Positions 1-39,799 of a stretch of DNA of 64,000 nt are shown piece by piece. A program made the translations under genes and the position numbers. Within the stretch, counting starts at the first letter, position 1. The number at the start of each line of letters is the position of its first letter. The stretch is from the human T2T-CHM13v2.0 reference genome, Homo sapiens: the NCBI RefSeq assembly GCF_009914755.1, contig NC_060935.1; one strand, written 5' to 3'. The notes under the pieces were generated by a model. That model searched no databases and was not told the DNA's origin. It saw only the letters and a program-made list of their open reading frames with translations.

Positions 1-230
1 TAGCACTCCAGTAAGAGAATCAAAGTATAAACTGGGTCATCCTATGAAATCTCCCAAGGCCCACAACCAGAGTGTAATCTCAGGATTAAAACCTGCTACA
101 AGCCCCAGAGAGCTTGCTGCCTCCACAATAAGTACTACTGCACTCAAGAAGCAACGAAAGTCTGACCCATATTAATTGTGTTGTTCAAAACATTTCAGGA
201 CAAACACATTAAACACTTCTCTCTATCCTA

Positions 231-3921
<3,691 letters not shown>

Positions 3922-4179
3922 GTCGAGGCTTGGAGCGGCCCGTCGGGACTCGAGCGCGACACTAGAAAGAGGGACACAAGCGAAAAGACAGGTGGCCCCC
4001 AACAGCGCGCAGCGAACTCCACTGCCGCTGCCTCCGCCCCAGAGACACGTTGCAGGCCAGAGCGGCCGGGGCGCGGGGCATCACGGGACGGCCTCACCTG
4101 GCCTCTTGGAGGACTCCCGAAGCCCGAGGCCGCCAACCGAAGGAGGCCCCGCCCCCGGAGGCACCGCCTCGCCTCTTTC

Positions 4180-4282
4180 CGCCAGCGCCCGCAGGACCCG
4201 GATGAGAGCGCACGCTTCGGGGTCTCCGGGAAGTCGCGGCGCCTTCGGATGTGGCGGATGCGGCCGTGAGCCGGCGGGGGAG
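4180..4282 (+). other. TKFC: TKFC non-coding first exon (start approximate; donor at 4282 or 4265)
   Basis: Candidate donors GAG|GTGCGC (4282) and GCC|GTGAGC (4265) inside the CpG island upstream of exon 2. Confidence 0.6.
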
Positions 4283-5572
4283 GTGCGCCAGTGTCCTCCG
4301 AGCTCGCCCGCAGACTCCCCACCCCGTTCCGCGCCCTTTGCCCTTCCCCGCATCCAGTCCTCCTTCCGTTGCTCCAGGAGCCCTCGGGCTGTTCCTCCTT
4401 TGGGAACGGGAAGGACTGCGGAGGCATAGAGAGGGAAGGGAGACCGCGATTCGTGCATATCCCAGACTAGAACCTTGCCTGCTTTCCTTTCACTGTCTCA
4501 GTTCCTCCAGATCCAGCTGGTGCCCTCGCCTGACGTTTGAACGACCACCTGCTCACCTCCTCCCTTTTGCGCGTTGATTCTTCAGACTTCAAAGGGCCCA
4601 CCGGTCTGCTTGCCCAACGTTATTAGTGCCCCTATTGCTCTACAAATTCGAACCTCAAACACAAAACCAGTATTTCTCCGTAGGGAACCTTAATGAGCCA
4701 GGAGAGCCGTCAGCCCTGCAGCCTCCAGGGTACCCCACATCAAACAGGCTCCCCGGGAACAAGAGGAATACCACGTGGCTTGGCACACTCGCAGAATGCC
4801 AGAGAGGAGCCAACCCCCATTTTACAGATGAGGAAGCTGAGGCTTAGGGAGGAATTGGTTTACCTAAGACCCTCCCCACAACCCCAAGTAGGCTGAGGCA
4901 GAGCTATGTTGATTCTTCCTATTGTGCACCCACACAGAGGCCAACACGCTGCTGAACCAGGCTGAACTGAGGAAAAGCTAGAAAGTCATCGTGGTTTACA
5001 TCTTGCCTTTCCCATAGCAGAGACTCTGCCTGACTTTGGAGGCACTGAATTATCAGTAGTAAAAACACACTCTGTAGAAAAACTAGACATTGGTTTAGAT
5101 TCTGGCTGTTACCTGTATTACCTTGGACAAGTCCCTAGAGCTCTCTGAGTCTGTTTCCCAGAAGTAAAATGGGTCACAAACCTGGCTAGCTCCCCCCATT
5201 CCCTTCCCTTTTGGTGCCAAGGCCAGTGAGGGCAAGCGTGTGACGAGCTTTGTTAACTTTTTCGCTGCATGTGATGCCCGTGTAAAAGATAGTTATTCTG
5301 AGGATCACTGTCCTTTAGTGATGAAGTGGGTGCTGTTCCTGGACATAAAGGCAGACCTGTGCTTGACATGGATTGATCTGTCTTCTGGCAGTGAAGTGCA
5401 GGCATGAACCTTGGTCAGCCCCACACTCTTCTCCATCCGTAGCCCATGTACTAGAGTTTGGACTTGGACCGAAGTCTGGGGCAGCTCCCTAATTACTAGG
5501 GTGCTGAAGGCGTGATTGTGCCAGTCGACTGCGAGTTCCTTCCGCAGCTTGTATCGTTACCCACTCCTGCAG

Positions 5573-5681
5573 GTGCTGCTGCTGCCTCCACTGTACTCAG
5601 ACCCAGGTAGCACAGGATTGTCCATCCTCCAGCAGCTCAGTGCAACGGTGTGAACTCAGCCTGTTTCAGAGCCTCCACACC

Positions 5682-5684
<3 letters not shown>
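5573..5684 (+). other. TKFC: TKFC exon 2 (5'UTR plus initiator ATG only)
   Basis: CTGCAG acceptor at 5572; CACACC ATG|GTGAGT, so the ATG is the last 3 nt of the exon. Confidence 0.9.
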
Positions 5685-17115
<11,431 letters not shown>

Positions 17116-17505
17116 GGTGTGTGACTGCCTCCCTTGGCCTCAGCTCCTCTCACTGCTGTGCTGAGGTGGCCTTTGTCACTTCCTTCTGCCTTCCAACCCT
17201 CACCTTCCCCCGGCCTGGCCCCATTGGCCCACCCTCTAAGTTGAGCAGGAAATCCTCCACCAAGCTTCCAGAACTACAGACAGCACCCAGAGTGAGCTGG
17301 AGTGGGTCCCCATGCCTCTCCAGCATGCCCTTTCCCTTTGCAGGAGGGTGGAGTCCCTGGGTCATGCCCTCCCCTGCCAGCTCTGGGCTTCAGAGATAAG
17401 GCATTTTCCTTGTGCAGCCTTTACCTGGCAATCCTAATTTGGTTTTAAGACTCCCTGTGAAATGCTTTCCGCACCTTAACCCCAGTGAGCGTGAAAAAGA
17501 AAGTT

Positions 17506-17511
17506 AATAAA
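17506..17511 (+). terminator. Candidate proximal TKFC polyadenylation signal
   Basis: AATAAA about 390 nt after the stop codon. Confidence 0.55.
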
Positions 17512-17858
17512 CTATAATACATGGAAGCAAGAAAGACACTGCCTCCTCTGAGGGACCTTTTCCCAAGCATGTAAACAAGGGGGCCCACAGCCCTGGCTGC
17601 AGGCATCATGACCCATCTTCTACCAGGCAGATCTTTATTACCTGAGCCCCTAAGGCAGTGTCTCCTCAGCTGGGCTGCTTCCACTGAGACCCCCGACCCA
17701 TCCCCTTTCCAGTACACACACCTGATGCATGTAAGAATGGTAGAGGGGCTTTTCTCAGCATTGAATTAATAATTCAGTGGCTCCTCGGGAGTCGAATGGG
17801 CATTTGGGACACCAGAAGGAAAAGAAATCATCATAGTCTAAGGTTCAGTTGTAGATCA

Positions 17859-18293
<435 letters not shown>

Positions 18294-19086
18294 TTAAAGG
18301 CACTGGCTGTCGACTCATACACATGATCTGAAATCTGATTCTGCTTTAACCCGGCTACAGGAGCTAAGGCCTATTTTTTAGCCCTTTGGGATCTGTAAAA
18401 TCAGAATGGTACCCACCTCATGGGGACATGAAAGGATTCAAATGAATTGATGAAGATGGGCCATAAAGCCCAGCACAGTCCAAGTGCTCACTCACTGAGA
18501 GTTACGGTTATCACAGGGGTTGGGCCCCCAGCCCCTCCCAGGTCATCTGCTCTACCACTAGCTGGTAGGAAAGAGCCTCCTGCCCTCCCAACCCCCGTCA
18601 CCTACTTGGCCCAAATTTGGCTGCAGGCTCCCCGAGTGCCTGGGCTTCTCTACCCAGGGTCCTGTCTGTCGGCTGCACCATACGTCCCTGACCACAAGGC
18701 ATCCACGTGCACAGGAGTATGCGCCCAGCAGCTGGGAAGGAGGCTGACCTCAGACGGTGGCCTGTGGATCCCAGCTCTGTCATTTCCTGGCTGGGTGACC
18801 TCAACCTAGTCACCCTTTTTGAGTCTTGTTTTCTCAGATTATGAAATAGGAAAAATTTCCTTCCTCGTGAGATAAGCACGTGCCATTAGCTATTAAGGAC
18901 ACGCACATAAATGAGCTGCATGTGAATCCACACATGCCATTCCATGAAGACATCAAAGAGGATCATGTGGATCTTTGGTGCCTTCCGGTTGGCCCCTCCC
19001 TAGGTCTGTGAGGGTCAGACCTGTCCTGAGGCTTTTACAAATTGGCCCAGAACTCATTTAACCACAGCATCATTTCATTAGAGGGC

Positions 19087-19409
19087 TGTTATTAGAGACT
19101 GAATGTTTGTGTCCCCCCCAAATTCCTGTGTTGAAAGGCTCACCCCCACTATGGTAGTGTTAGGACGTGGGGCCTTTGGGAGGTGATGGGGTTATGAGGG
19201 TGGAGCCCCAGAGAGCTCTCACGCCCTTTCCACCATGTGAGGTTATGGTGAGAAGATGGTCTCTGAGGAAGCTGGCCCTTGCCACACACCACATTTGCCA
19301 GCGCCTTCATCTTGGATGTCTATAGCCTCCAGAACTGTGAGAAATAAACACTTGTTGTTTAAGCCACCCAGGCTATTATATTTTTGTTATAGCAGCCTGA
19401 ACAAAGACA
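19087..19409 (+). mobile_element. MaLR solo LTR (MLT1A/MLT1A0-like)
   Basis: GACTGAATGTTTGTGTCCCCCC...GGGCCTTTGGGAGGTGAT...GCCTCCAGAACTGTGAGAAATAAA...TTTGTTATAGCAGCC...AGACA matches the MLT1A pattern; AATAAA at 19343-19348. Confidence 0.8.
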
Positions 19410-19427
19410 GCTTTGATTCTTAACATA

Positions 19428-19433
19428 TTTAAT
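19428..19433 (-). terminator. Candidate CYB561A3 polyadenylation signal
   Basis: TTTAAT on plus = ATTAAA on minus, ~1.6 kb after the stop codon. Confidence 0.6.
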
Positions 19434-20686
19434 GAAACTCGAGCTTCATAAACCAGTGAAATGCCTACCCCTATGGAGACGGGGAGCTGGTCATGGGACC
19501 CAGGTGCCTGGAGGACATCCCAGTGGCTTTGAAGGCTCCAGCCAGTCAAGACGGTCAATATTAGCCCTTCTGCCAACATCTGGCAATGTGAGGCTGGGGT
19601 GGACGTTGGCCTGATGTTGCCAGGAGTAGGATGCTGATGCTGCCAGAGAGTAGGTGGGCTCCAAACCCCAGGCTTCTCACTTGCTTACTAAGCACAGCAG
19701 TCTGAAGCTTGGGACCTGGCAGTGCGTCTTTGGAGAAGGCAAAAAAGCCACAGCAGCAACACTTAGGAGCAAGACCCTTCCCGCTCTCCACCCTATTTCC
19801 TCCCCTGAAGAAGAGCAACAGCTCAAGCTCTAGCATGGCACAGAACGCTAGGTTGGGCCAGGCAAGCAGCCATGGTGGGGCCAGGTGAAGCAATGTGGGT
19901 CTCAGCAAGGAACCCCTCTGAAGGTGGCAGTGGCTCCCAGGGCTGCTGCACACTGGACACCACAACTTTGGCATCAGCTGCATGGTGAGCTGCAGAGTGG
20001 TCAGAGGGGCTGGGGCCCTGCCAAGAGAGCAAGGCCAGACCTGCCCAGCGGGAGGCAGGAAGGCCCTGATCCAGCAAGGAGAAGTAGAGGAAGTCCACAG
20101 CCACCTCTGTTACTCATCGCTACTGGGACATCTGGGGACAGGCTCTGTTCTTGGGAGAGCAGGTCACCAGGATTTGTAGGGCTGCCTGCCGGTGACAGAC
20201 ACGTAAGTCACAGGGAAAGGCCGGGATCCAGGCCTCAGCTGTAGCAGCAGCTGGAAGAGGTGGAGCCGCACGGTCACAATACATGCAGACACAGAGCAGC
20301 AATACGAAACAGAACAGCTCAGAGCGGTCAGCTCCTCAGCAGAAGCTGCGTGGGCCGCCACTCCCCCTTTCTGCAATCACCCCATGATGTCTCCACCCCA
20401 CCTCACATCCAGATGGGGCTGGATGGCAGAGCAGATGAAGCCTGCTCTGTGGCGGGGCAGCCTAACTGAAATGCACACCTTTATGGGGGAAGTGGACGGA
20501 CACCTCACCTCCCTCATGTTTCACACCGTGGACTGCACTTGAGTCCCAGCTCTTCACCACATCCCTAGGAGTCTTAAGAGGAAATCAGTCTGATTTCTTC
20601 AGACAGGAGCAGCAAGAGCGGCCAGAGCGAGGAGGACCTCGTGTGAATGGAGGACCTGAGAGGCTGACGCCAAGGAGTGCAGAAGC

Positions 20687-20877
20687 CAAAGCCACCAAGG
20701 AAAGCAGACAGGCAGCAAGCAGCCAGAGAAGGCAGGCCCAGCACCCAGGCAAAGCCACCAAGGAAAGCAGACAGGCAGCAAGCGGCCGGAGAGGGCAGGC
20801 CCAGCACCCAGGCAAAGCCACCAAGGAAAGCAGACAGGCAGCAAGCGGCCGGAGAGGGCAGGCCAGCACCCAGGCAA
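20687..20877. repeat. 63-bp minisatellite, 3 copies, in the CYB561A3 3'UTR
   Basis: Unit CAAAGCCACCAAGGAAAGCAGACAGGCAGCAAGCGGCCGGAGAGGGCAGGCCCAGCACCCAGG starts at 20687, 20750 and 20813; few mismatches, third unit 62 nt. Confidence 0.95.
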
Positions 20878-21005
20878 GAAGTCTGGGCCCAGCATTGGAA
20901 GAAAGTCGCCTGCTGAAACCAGCCGGGAGCCCTGGGAAGAGCAGAGCTTCTGAGGGGAGCACAGGCTGCACCACCAGGAGCTCTTGGGAGCCCCTTCCTG
21001 CTGCT

Positions 21006-27322
<6,317 letters not shown>

Positions 27323-28908
27323 TCTGATCACGCACTCCTAGAAGAAGGAGAAGTCACAAATCTCCACTGGCTCAGATGCACCCAGTTCTCTGGCTAAAGG
27401 AGGTAACACTGATTTAGCTCTTGGCCTGTGGGATGGAATCTTTTTGCTTCAGTTCCCCTGCATCAGCCTGGGCACCACCCCCCGCCCGAGGCCTCAATGC
27501 CTGGGTGGGCCTGATCTTCAGTCACAATGACTGAGGCCCCACCCCAGCACCTGGCAGTGCCCAGACAGAGCAGCAAACTCAAGGCTATGGCTGGCCCTGG
27601 CGAAGGCCAGATGCCAAGGCCCAAGACCCAGAGTCCTGGGATTCCTCTCCCCTCACAGGACCAGAAGGTAAAGAATTACCACCCCATACCCCCCAGGAAA
27701 AAAGGGACAGGAATCAAAATCCAGGCTAAATTACGCAAACACCCAGGCCTTGGGTTCTAAGATAAGAAGGCAAAAATTACAGTCTGAAAAGAGCAAACAC
27801 CCCACTATTACCCTAGACAGGAAGGAGTCAGAAAAGTTCTTCCCCATAGAGTAAGCTCTATGGGGCTAATCTTCACTGGAGAGGTAACCAGGCCTTCACT
27901 CCACTGCCCACACTCCACACCTTGAACCAGCTGATGCCCCTCAGCTGTCTCCAGCCCTGAGACTTCTGCTTTCTCTTCCTCTGGGGAAAGTCCAGAGAAA
28001 AAAAGAGGAAGCAACAACTCATGGTCCAGAAAGCAAGAGATTTATTTTGAGATTTCCACAAGTCCTTGATAAACCCAGAAACCAACTCTGGTTTCAGGCA
28101 TGGCAAATGCTTAAAGCCCTGAGCAGTTGCTCTTAAACGCTAGGTGAGTGGGCAAAGCCACAGGACTGGCCCTGCTTTCAGCTAATATGTAGGCAGCACG
28201 GGCCCAGGCATCAAGGCAGTCACCCTGTCCCACGGACTCACACCAAGAAGGCAACAGTGTGGCTTCCTGCATTGAGGTCCCTCACTCGGAAGCAGCTAAT
28301 AGCCAATAGCCCCCACGGAGGTAAAACATTTGACTGCTCACCTTTAGCCCTAATGATAGGCTCAGAGAACTGGCCTGGGCTCCAATTCCTGCGAAATGGG
28401 CACCTTGAGCAAATCACTTAACATTTGCAGGACTCACCTGCAAGAAAGGCGTGGCAGTAAGAATACTTGAACAGTAAGAATAACGAACACCAGCTACGAG
28501 CACCAGAGCCTTACACACAAGATCCCATTTACTCCTCTTAACCCTGGGAGGCATATTATTCCGTGAGGAAACTAAGGCTGAGAGAGATAAGTAATTAGCA
28601 TGAGGACCCAGTGAGAGTGGGTGGGGAGTTCCAAATCCTGTGTGTTTAGCTTCAAGGCCCACGCTGCTTCCTTGACCACAGGTTGTCAGATCAAGTGAGA
28701 AAATGAATGTAGCACACTGTAGAAGTCAAGTATTAGAATTCTTCGCTGGGCGCGATGGCTTATGCCTGTAATCCTGCACTTTGGGAGGCTGAGGCAGGTG
28801 GATCACCTGAGGTCAGGAGTTCGAGACCAGACTGATCAACATGGTGAAACCCCGGTCTCTACTAAAAATACAAAATTAGCCAGGAGTGGTGGTGGGCGCC
28901 TGTAATCA

Positions 28909-29027
<119 letters not shown>

Positions 29028-29213
29028 TCAAAAAAAAAAAAAAAAAAAGGCTGGGTGAGGTGGCTCACACCTGTAATCCTAGCACTTTGGGAGGCCGAGG
29101 CGGGCAGATCATAAGGTCAAGAGATCGAGACCATCCTGGCCAATATGGTGAACCCCCGCCCCCATCTCTACTAAAAATAAAAAATTAGCTGGGCATGGTG
29201 GCGCGCGCCTTTA

Positions 29214-29333
<120 letters not shown>

Positions 29334-29613
29334 CTAAAAATATATATATATACATAGAATTCTTAGTCATTGCTGTCATGCACTTCATCCTAACTACTAA
29401 CATGCAGCTCATGTTCCTTGTGCCTGCCCAGGCCTCTCAGTGGCCCTCAGCCATGCCATGCCAGCTCTCCCCATGCTAGGGGTCCACCTACTTAGGTAAA
29501 GATGCACAAGGTGACCCAAGTTGGCAGTAATCTCTGAGAAAGGAAGGTCCAGCCAGGCTCGGTGGCTCAAGCCTGTAATCCCAGCACTTTGGGAGGCCGA
29601 CGCGGATGGATCA

Positions 29614-29907
<294 letters not shown>

Positions 29908-30410
29908 TCATGCCACCAGCCTCCTAGAAGATTTGTGACTCAACTACTTAACTCAGAGATTTGCTACCCAGCCTCAGAACTGCCTCCTCAATTCTTCCAA
30001 GGGCAGAGGACGTTTCAGATCACCAGATATTCACCTAAAACACTCTCCATCCCTCAGTGAAATGTAAGAGATCTTGATCAGCAGGCTCACTCATCTGACA
30101 ATATCTACTTCCACAACTGTTTTTTTTTTCTTTGTAAGAGGAAAAAGTAAATGCAGTCCGAAAGGATCTGTAGCCACACCCTAGAAAAGGTCCTGGTTTA
30201 CTGCTCTGTGACAGACTTAGAATAGACCCTGGGCACACTTTCCTGACAGAGAGCTGCAAAGTTATATTGCCCTGCTCACAATACACAGATAAGCCCTCCT
30301 ACTTCCTGAAATAGAGCAAAGCAGGAGAAAAGGAAGAATGCAGTGAAGGACCAGCACAGTGATTCATGCCTGTAATCCCAGCACTTTGGGAGGCCCAGGC
30401 AGGTGGGTTA

Positions 30411-30626
<216 letters not shown>

Positions 30627-31300
30627 CTATAAATAAATACCCAGGAGTTCCAGACCAGCCTGAGCAACAGTGAGCCCTCATCTCTTAAAAAAAAAAAAAA
30701 ATTAGCTGGGCGTGATGGCATCCACCTGTAGTCTCAGCTACTCAGGAGGCTGAGGTGGGAGGATGGCTTGAGCCCAGGAGAAGGCTGAAGTGAGCCGAGA
30801 TCGCACCACTGCACTCTAGCCTGGGCGACAGAGCTAGACTCTGTCTCAAAAACAAAACAAAACAAAAAAACCGTGAAAACTGCAATGCAAATGCTTGAAA
30901 ATATCCTCTCATTTGTTCTAAGGGCAGGCTGGGCTGTGATCCCAGGGTGTGCTCACTTTGCAGAGCCCCATTCTAAGGGAGCAGTCAGCAAGCTCTTCTG
31001 TAAAGGTCCAGGTAGTAAATATTCTAGGCTTTGTAGAGCACATGGTCTGTCACAACTATGTCATCAACTCTGCCCATGCAAGAGCAGCCACATAAACATC
31101 TTAACAAATGAGCACCACGGCTGTGTTCCAGTAATATTTATTTATGGACACTGAAGTCTGAGTTTCACATAATTTTCACGTCACAAGATATTATTAACTT
31201 CTTGCGAAAAAGGATTCTCCCGGCTGAGCTAAAACAGGTCACATCCAGGGGTAAGAAATGCTAGTTCCCATCCAGCCCTTAGTCTTAGAAAAAGGCTCTA

Positions 31301-31768
<468 letters not shown>

Positions 31769-32340
31769 TCATCTTACAAATCAAAAACACTGTGACACTG
31801 GGGCCCAAAACAAGAAAATGACTTAGCCAAGGTAAGTGGCCGAGCTGGTACAGGAATTCGGGTCCACTCCCTCTCAGCTCTGAGGATTCCTTATTCTCAA
31901 AGGTAGCTTCTGTTAAAGTCGGAACATCAGGAGTGAAGGGCTCAATATTCCTGCCAAGGAGGTAGGTGAACAAGTTACCCCTTAGCACCGGAATAATTAT
32001 AGACCCCGACTTCAGGCTGTGCCTAGGTCCGGCTCAGGTGTCCAAAGAACCGTTCCAGGCACCCGAGGGGTGATCCCTGACTCCTCTGCTGGGTGCTCGT
32101 GCCAGCTAACAATGGGTGAAAATTGGGGTGAGGAGCTCCAGGTGCTTTCTGCGTCCTCTGAAGAGCTTTCGTGCCTTTATAACCACCGCGTTGGAAGGAA
32201 GAGCGCGGAGAAAGGTGCCCACTTTCTAAAAGAGAAAATTGAGGCCGAGCAAGGGGATCGCGACAGTGCGAAGCGAGATAGCAGCGGAACCAGCATTCGA
32301 ACCCAGGTCCCTGAACTCCCAGCCCCGGGATCCTTCTCAC

Positions 32341-32900
32341 CCCTAACCACAGTGGGACGAAGTGAGGCCGGGATCTCCGGAACCCGCCTCTCGCTACCAG
32401 GCGCCGGAGCTGCCGCTCCCGAGGTTCCTAGGAGATGCAGAAGACACTGCCCTGAATGCCTACAGCCGGCTGGCAATGCCGCCCCAGAGCAGAGCGGCGG
32501 GTGCCGCCTCGCCTTCTTATAGGCTCGCAGCACTTCCAGTCGCGCGCGAGGCCTCCTGGGAAGTGAAGTCCGGAGACCAGGGGTGGCCGGCTCCCAGCGC
32601 GCCAAGCTGCTAACCCCCTAACTCCCGTTCCTCCTCGGCGTTTCTTCTCCAAGTCCGAAGTCAGGGTCCAGGACTGCTGCGATGCATCAGCCCCGCCTCT
32701 CATCCCCCATCCAGAGGAGGCGGAAATGTTCAGGTGAACGCGAAGCCTCCCACTACGAGCCGGCCCTCAGCAAGGCCGTGCGCAGTGTGGGCGGGAGCCC
32801 TAAGTCAGCTAGCGGCGACGCTGGGAGGGCCCGGAGCAGGCCGGGCCCCGAACAGCGAAAGCTCCAACATGGCGGCCAGACTGGCCATAGAGCGGGAAGA
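32341..32900 (-). other. CYB561A3: Probable CYB561A3 non-coding first exon (start approximate)
   Basis: Minus-strand donor GGG|GTGAGA at 32341/32340 inside the CpG island; a second strong donor CAG|GTGAGT at 28438/28437 suggests another 5'UTR exon. Confidence 0.55.
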
Positions 32901-32959
32901 GAAAGCCGGGGACTAGCAGGCCGCACGGCGCAGACGGGGCCCGCCTCCTCCATTTACTT

Positions 32960-33028
32960 CCGGAATTTAAAGCCGGCTTCCGGAAGCCGGGACGATGTCC
33001 GCATGACAACCGACGTTGGAGTTTGGAG
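32960..33028 (+). other. TMEM138: TMEM138 non-coding exon 1 (start approximate)
   Basis: GAG|GTGAGA donor at 33028; next acceptor CAACAG at 34859. Confidence 0.75.
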
Positions 33029-33657
33029 GTGAGAGTGATTGACGAGGAGTGGGTTAAGTGACCAGAAGTCAGAATTTTTGGTGCTGTTGTTTTGGGCTTG
33101 GGTTTTATGCTTTGTTGTTGTTTGCCAAGGAAGCCTCGTTTTTAAGTGGATTGGGAAGCGTGAGGAATACTGCCCTAGGTACAAAGGGAAGGCGGCAGGT
33201 AGCGGTGGACGAATTAAAGAGCTTCATGAGCTTGTGAGTCTCCACTGCCCTAAACTGGAGGGGATCGTCGTACGTAGAGACAGGCATGGGCGTTTCTGCA
33301 TAACGGATCCTCAAAACAGCCCTGGATGGTGGCCTATGAGTAGTGGTTAAGAGCACGGGTTTGGCGTCACAGTTATGAAGCCGGGTTCTGCTGACTTGAG
33401 ACCTGGAGGAATGCCTTGAGCTCTGACTTCTGTGTCCTTTCCTGTAGAATAGGAATAATTCCCACCTTGCAGACTTGTAGGGAGGATTAAAGGAAACGAT
33501 CTTGGTTGACAAGTTTATCGTGGTGTGAGTACCTAGGTAGTAGCTATCAGTGTTATTTAATGCGGCCGGGCGCAGTGGCTCACGCCTGTAATCCCAGCAC
33601 TTTGGGAGGCCGAGGCGGGAGGATCACGAGGTCAGGAGATCGAGACCATCCTGGCTA

Positions 33658-33901
<244 letters not shown>

Positions 33902-34998
33902 TCACCAGCTGAGGTGGAGGAGGTGCCTTAACCTTCCGGAGCCTCTGTGTAAAATGGGGATAATATACATTGTAATGGCTACTTCTCAAGATGGTTGTAG
34001 GATTACGTAAGGTTAGAAATATGAAAAGAGCTTATAAATTGCAAAACATTTTACCGATGCTAATTTAATCGCTAACACTCCAGAGCATTTTGAAATTTCT
34101 TTATAGATTTGGCACAGCAGCGGGTCATAGGACACCCCCAGAGCAACTTGTGGGTCTTGGAATAGATGAAAAGAAACAACTGCCACTGTGTTGCAACCAT
34201 AACCCTAAAGATAAAGCTTTCCAGGAGACCCCTGTTTCCTCTCTGCTTTTTCTGCCTAGGGCACTTCACACTTCTTTGCTGGCATTTTTCCTGCCTAGTT
34301 AAATACTAGTCTATCAATTATGTAAGAGACAGCTTAGTCCAGTAGTTAAGAGCACAGACTGTGGACCCGTGCAGCCTGCATCTGAATACTAGCTCTGCCA
34401 CTTACTAACGACGTGACCTTGGACAAATTATTTTACCTCTCTTGGCCTCAAATTTCTCATCTGTAAAATGGGGAAGGTAATAATGTATTATGTCATCTAC
34501 CTTGTGAGGTTTAAATAATGTTAGTGCTTGTAGAACACTCCCTGGCACATTGTAAGCAATGTATAAGGATTTGCTGCCATTTTTGTTACCACCGCTACTA
34601 CATGACCAGGCAGTCATTCTTCTCAGTAATACTACTAGATTCCTTTGGTTAGAGACAGCTCTGCATTGAGAAGATTCCAGGCATGGAGAAAAGCTGGTGA
34701 AGGTCCTAGAATAAATGACTTCTTGGGGGTTTTTGTTGTTGGTTTTGTTCACTAAAGTATCCCATGCAACTGGAGTGGTACCTGGCACACAGTAGGTCCT
34801 CAGTAAATGTTTATGGTATTAATACATTTCTAACCTTGCTTATCTTTTTGCTCCAACAGGTGCTTGCCTTAGAGCAAGGGAAACAGCTCTCATTCAAAGG
34901 AACTAGAAGCCTCTCCCTCAGTGGTAGGGAGACAGCCAGGAGCGGTTTTCTGGGAACTGTGGGATGTGCCCTTGGGGGCCCGAGAAAACAGAAGGAAG

Positions 34999-39317
<4,319 letters not shown>

Positions 39318-39793
39318 CCTCTTGTCACACTGATGGATACTTTTCCTTCCTGATAGAAGCCACATTTGCTGCTTTGCAGGGAGAGTTGGCCCTATGCATG
39401 GGCAAACAGCTGGACTTTCCAAGGAAGGTTCAGACTAGCTGTGTTCAGCATTCAAGAAGGAAGATCCTCCCTCTTGCACAATTAGAGTGTCCCCATCGGT
39501 CTCCAGTGCGGCATCCCTTCCTTGCCTTCTACCTCTGTTCCACCCCCTTTCCTTCCTTTCCTCTCTGTACCATTCATTCTCCCTGACCGGCCTTTCTTGC
39601 CGAGGGTTCTGTGGCTCTTACCCTTGTGAAGCTTTTCCTTTAGCCTGGGACAGAAGGACCTCCCAGCCCCCAAAGGATCTCCCAGTGACCAAAGGATGCG
39701 AAGAGTGATAGTTACGTGCTCCTGACTGATCACACCGCAGACATTTAGATTTTTATACCCAAGGCACTTTAAAAAAATGTTTTATAAATAGAG

Positions 39794-39799
39794 AATAAA
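39794..39799 (+). terminator. TMEM138 polyadenylation signal
   Basis: AATAAA in AT-rich context ~480 nt after the stop; a second AATAAA at 40080-40085. Confidence 0.75.

Larger units (their letters stand above)
32150..33060. promoter_or_regulatory. CpG island / bidirectional CYB561A3-TMEM138 promoter
   Basis: CpG-rich; YY1-type CAACATGGCGGC 32865-32876; ETS-type ACTTCCGGAA at 32956 and palindrome 32973-32990; X-box-like 32997-33010. Confidence 0.9.

Noticed and set aside
19561-20469. ORFs of 90-140 aa in the CYB561A3 3'UTR
   Set aside because: No start context, splice link or domain support; expected by chance in GC-rich UTR sequence.
20687-20877. Regular repeat array as a possible CRISPR-like structure
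   Set aside because: Head-to-tail units with no unique spacers, in a human 3'UTR with no cas genes: a minisatellite.
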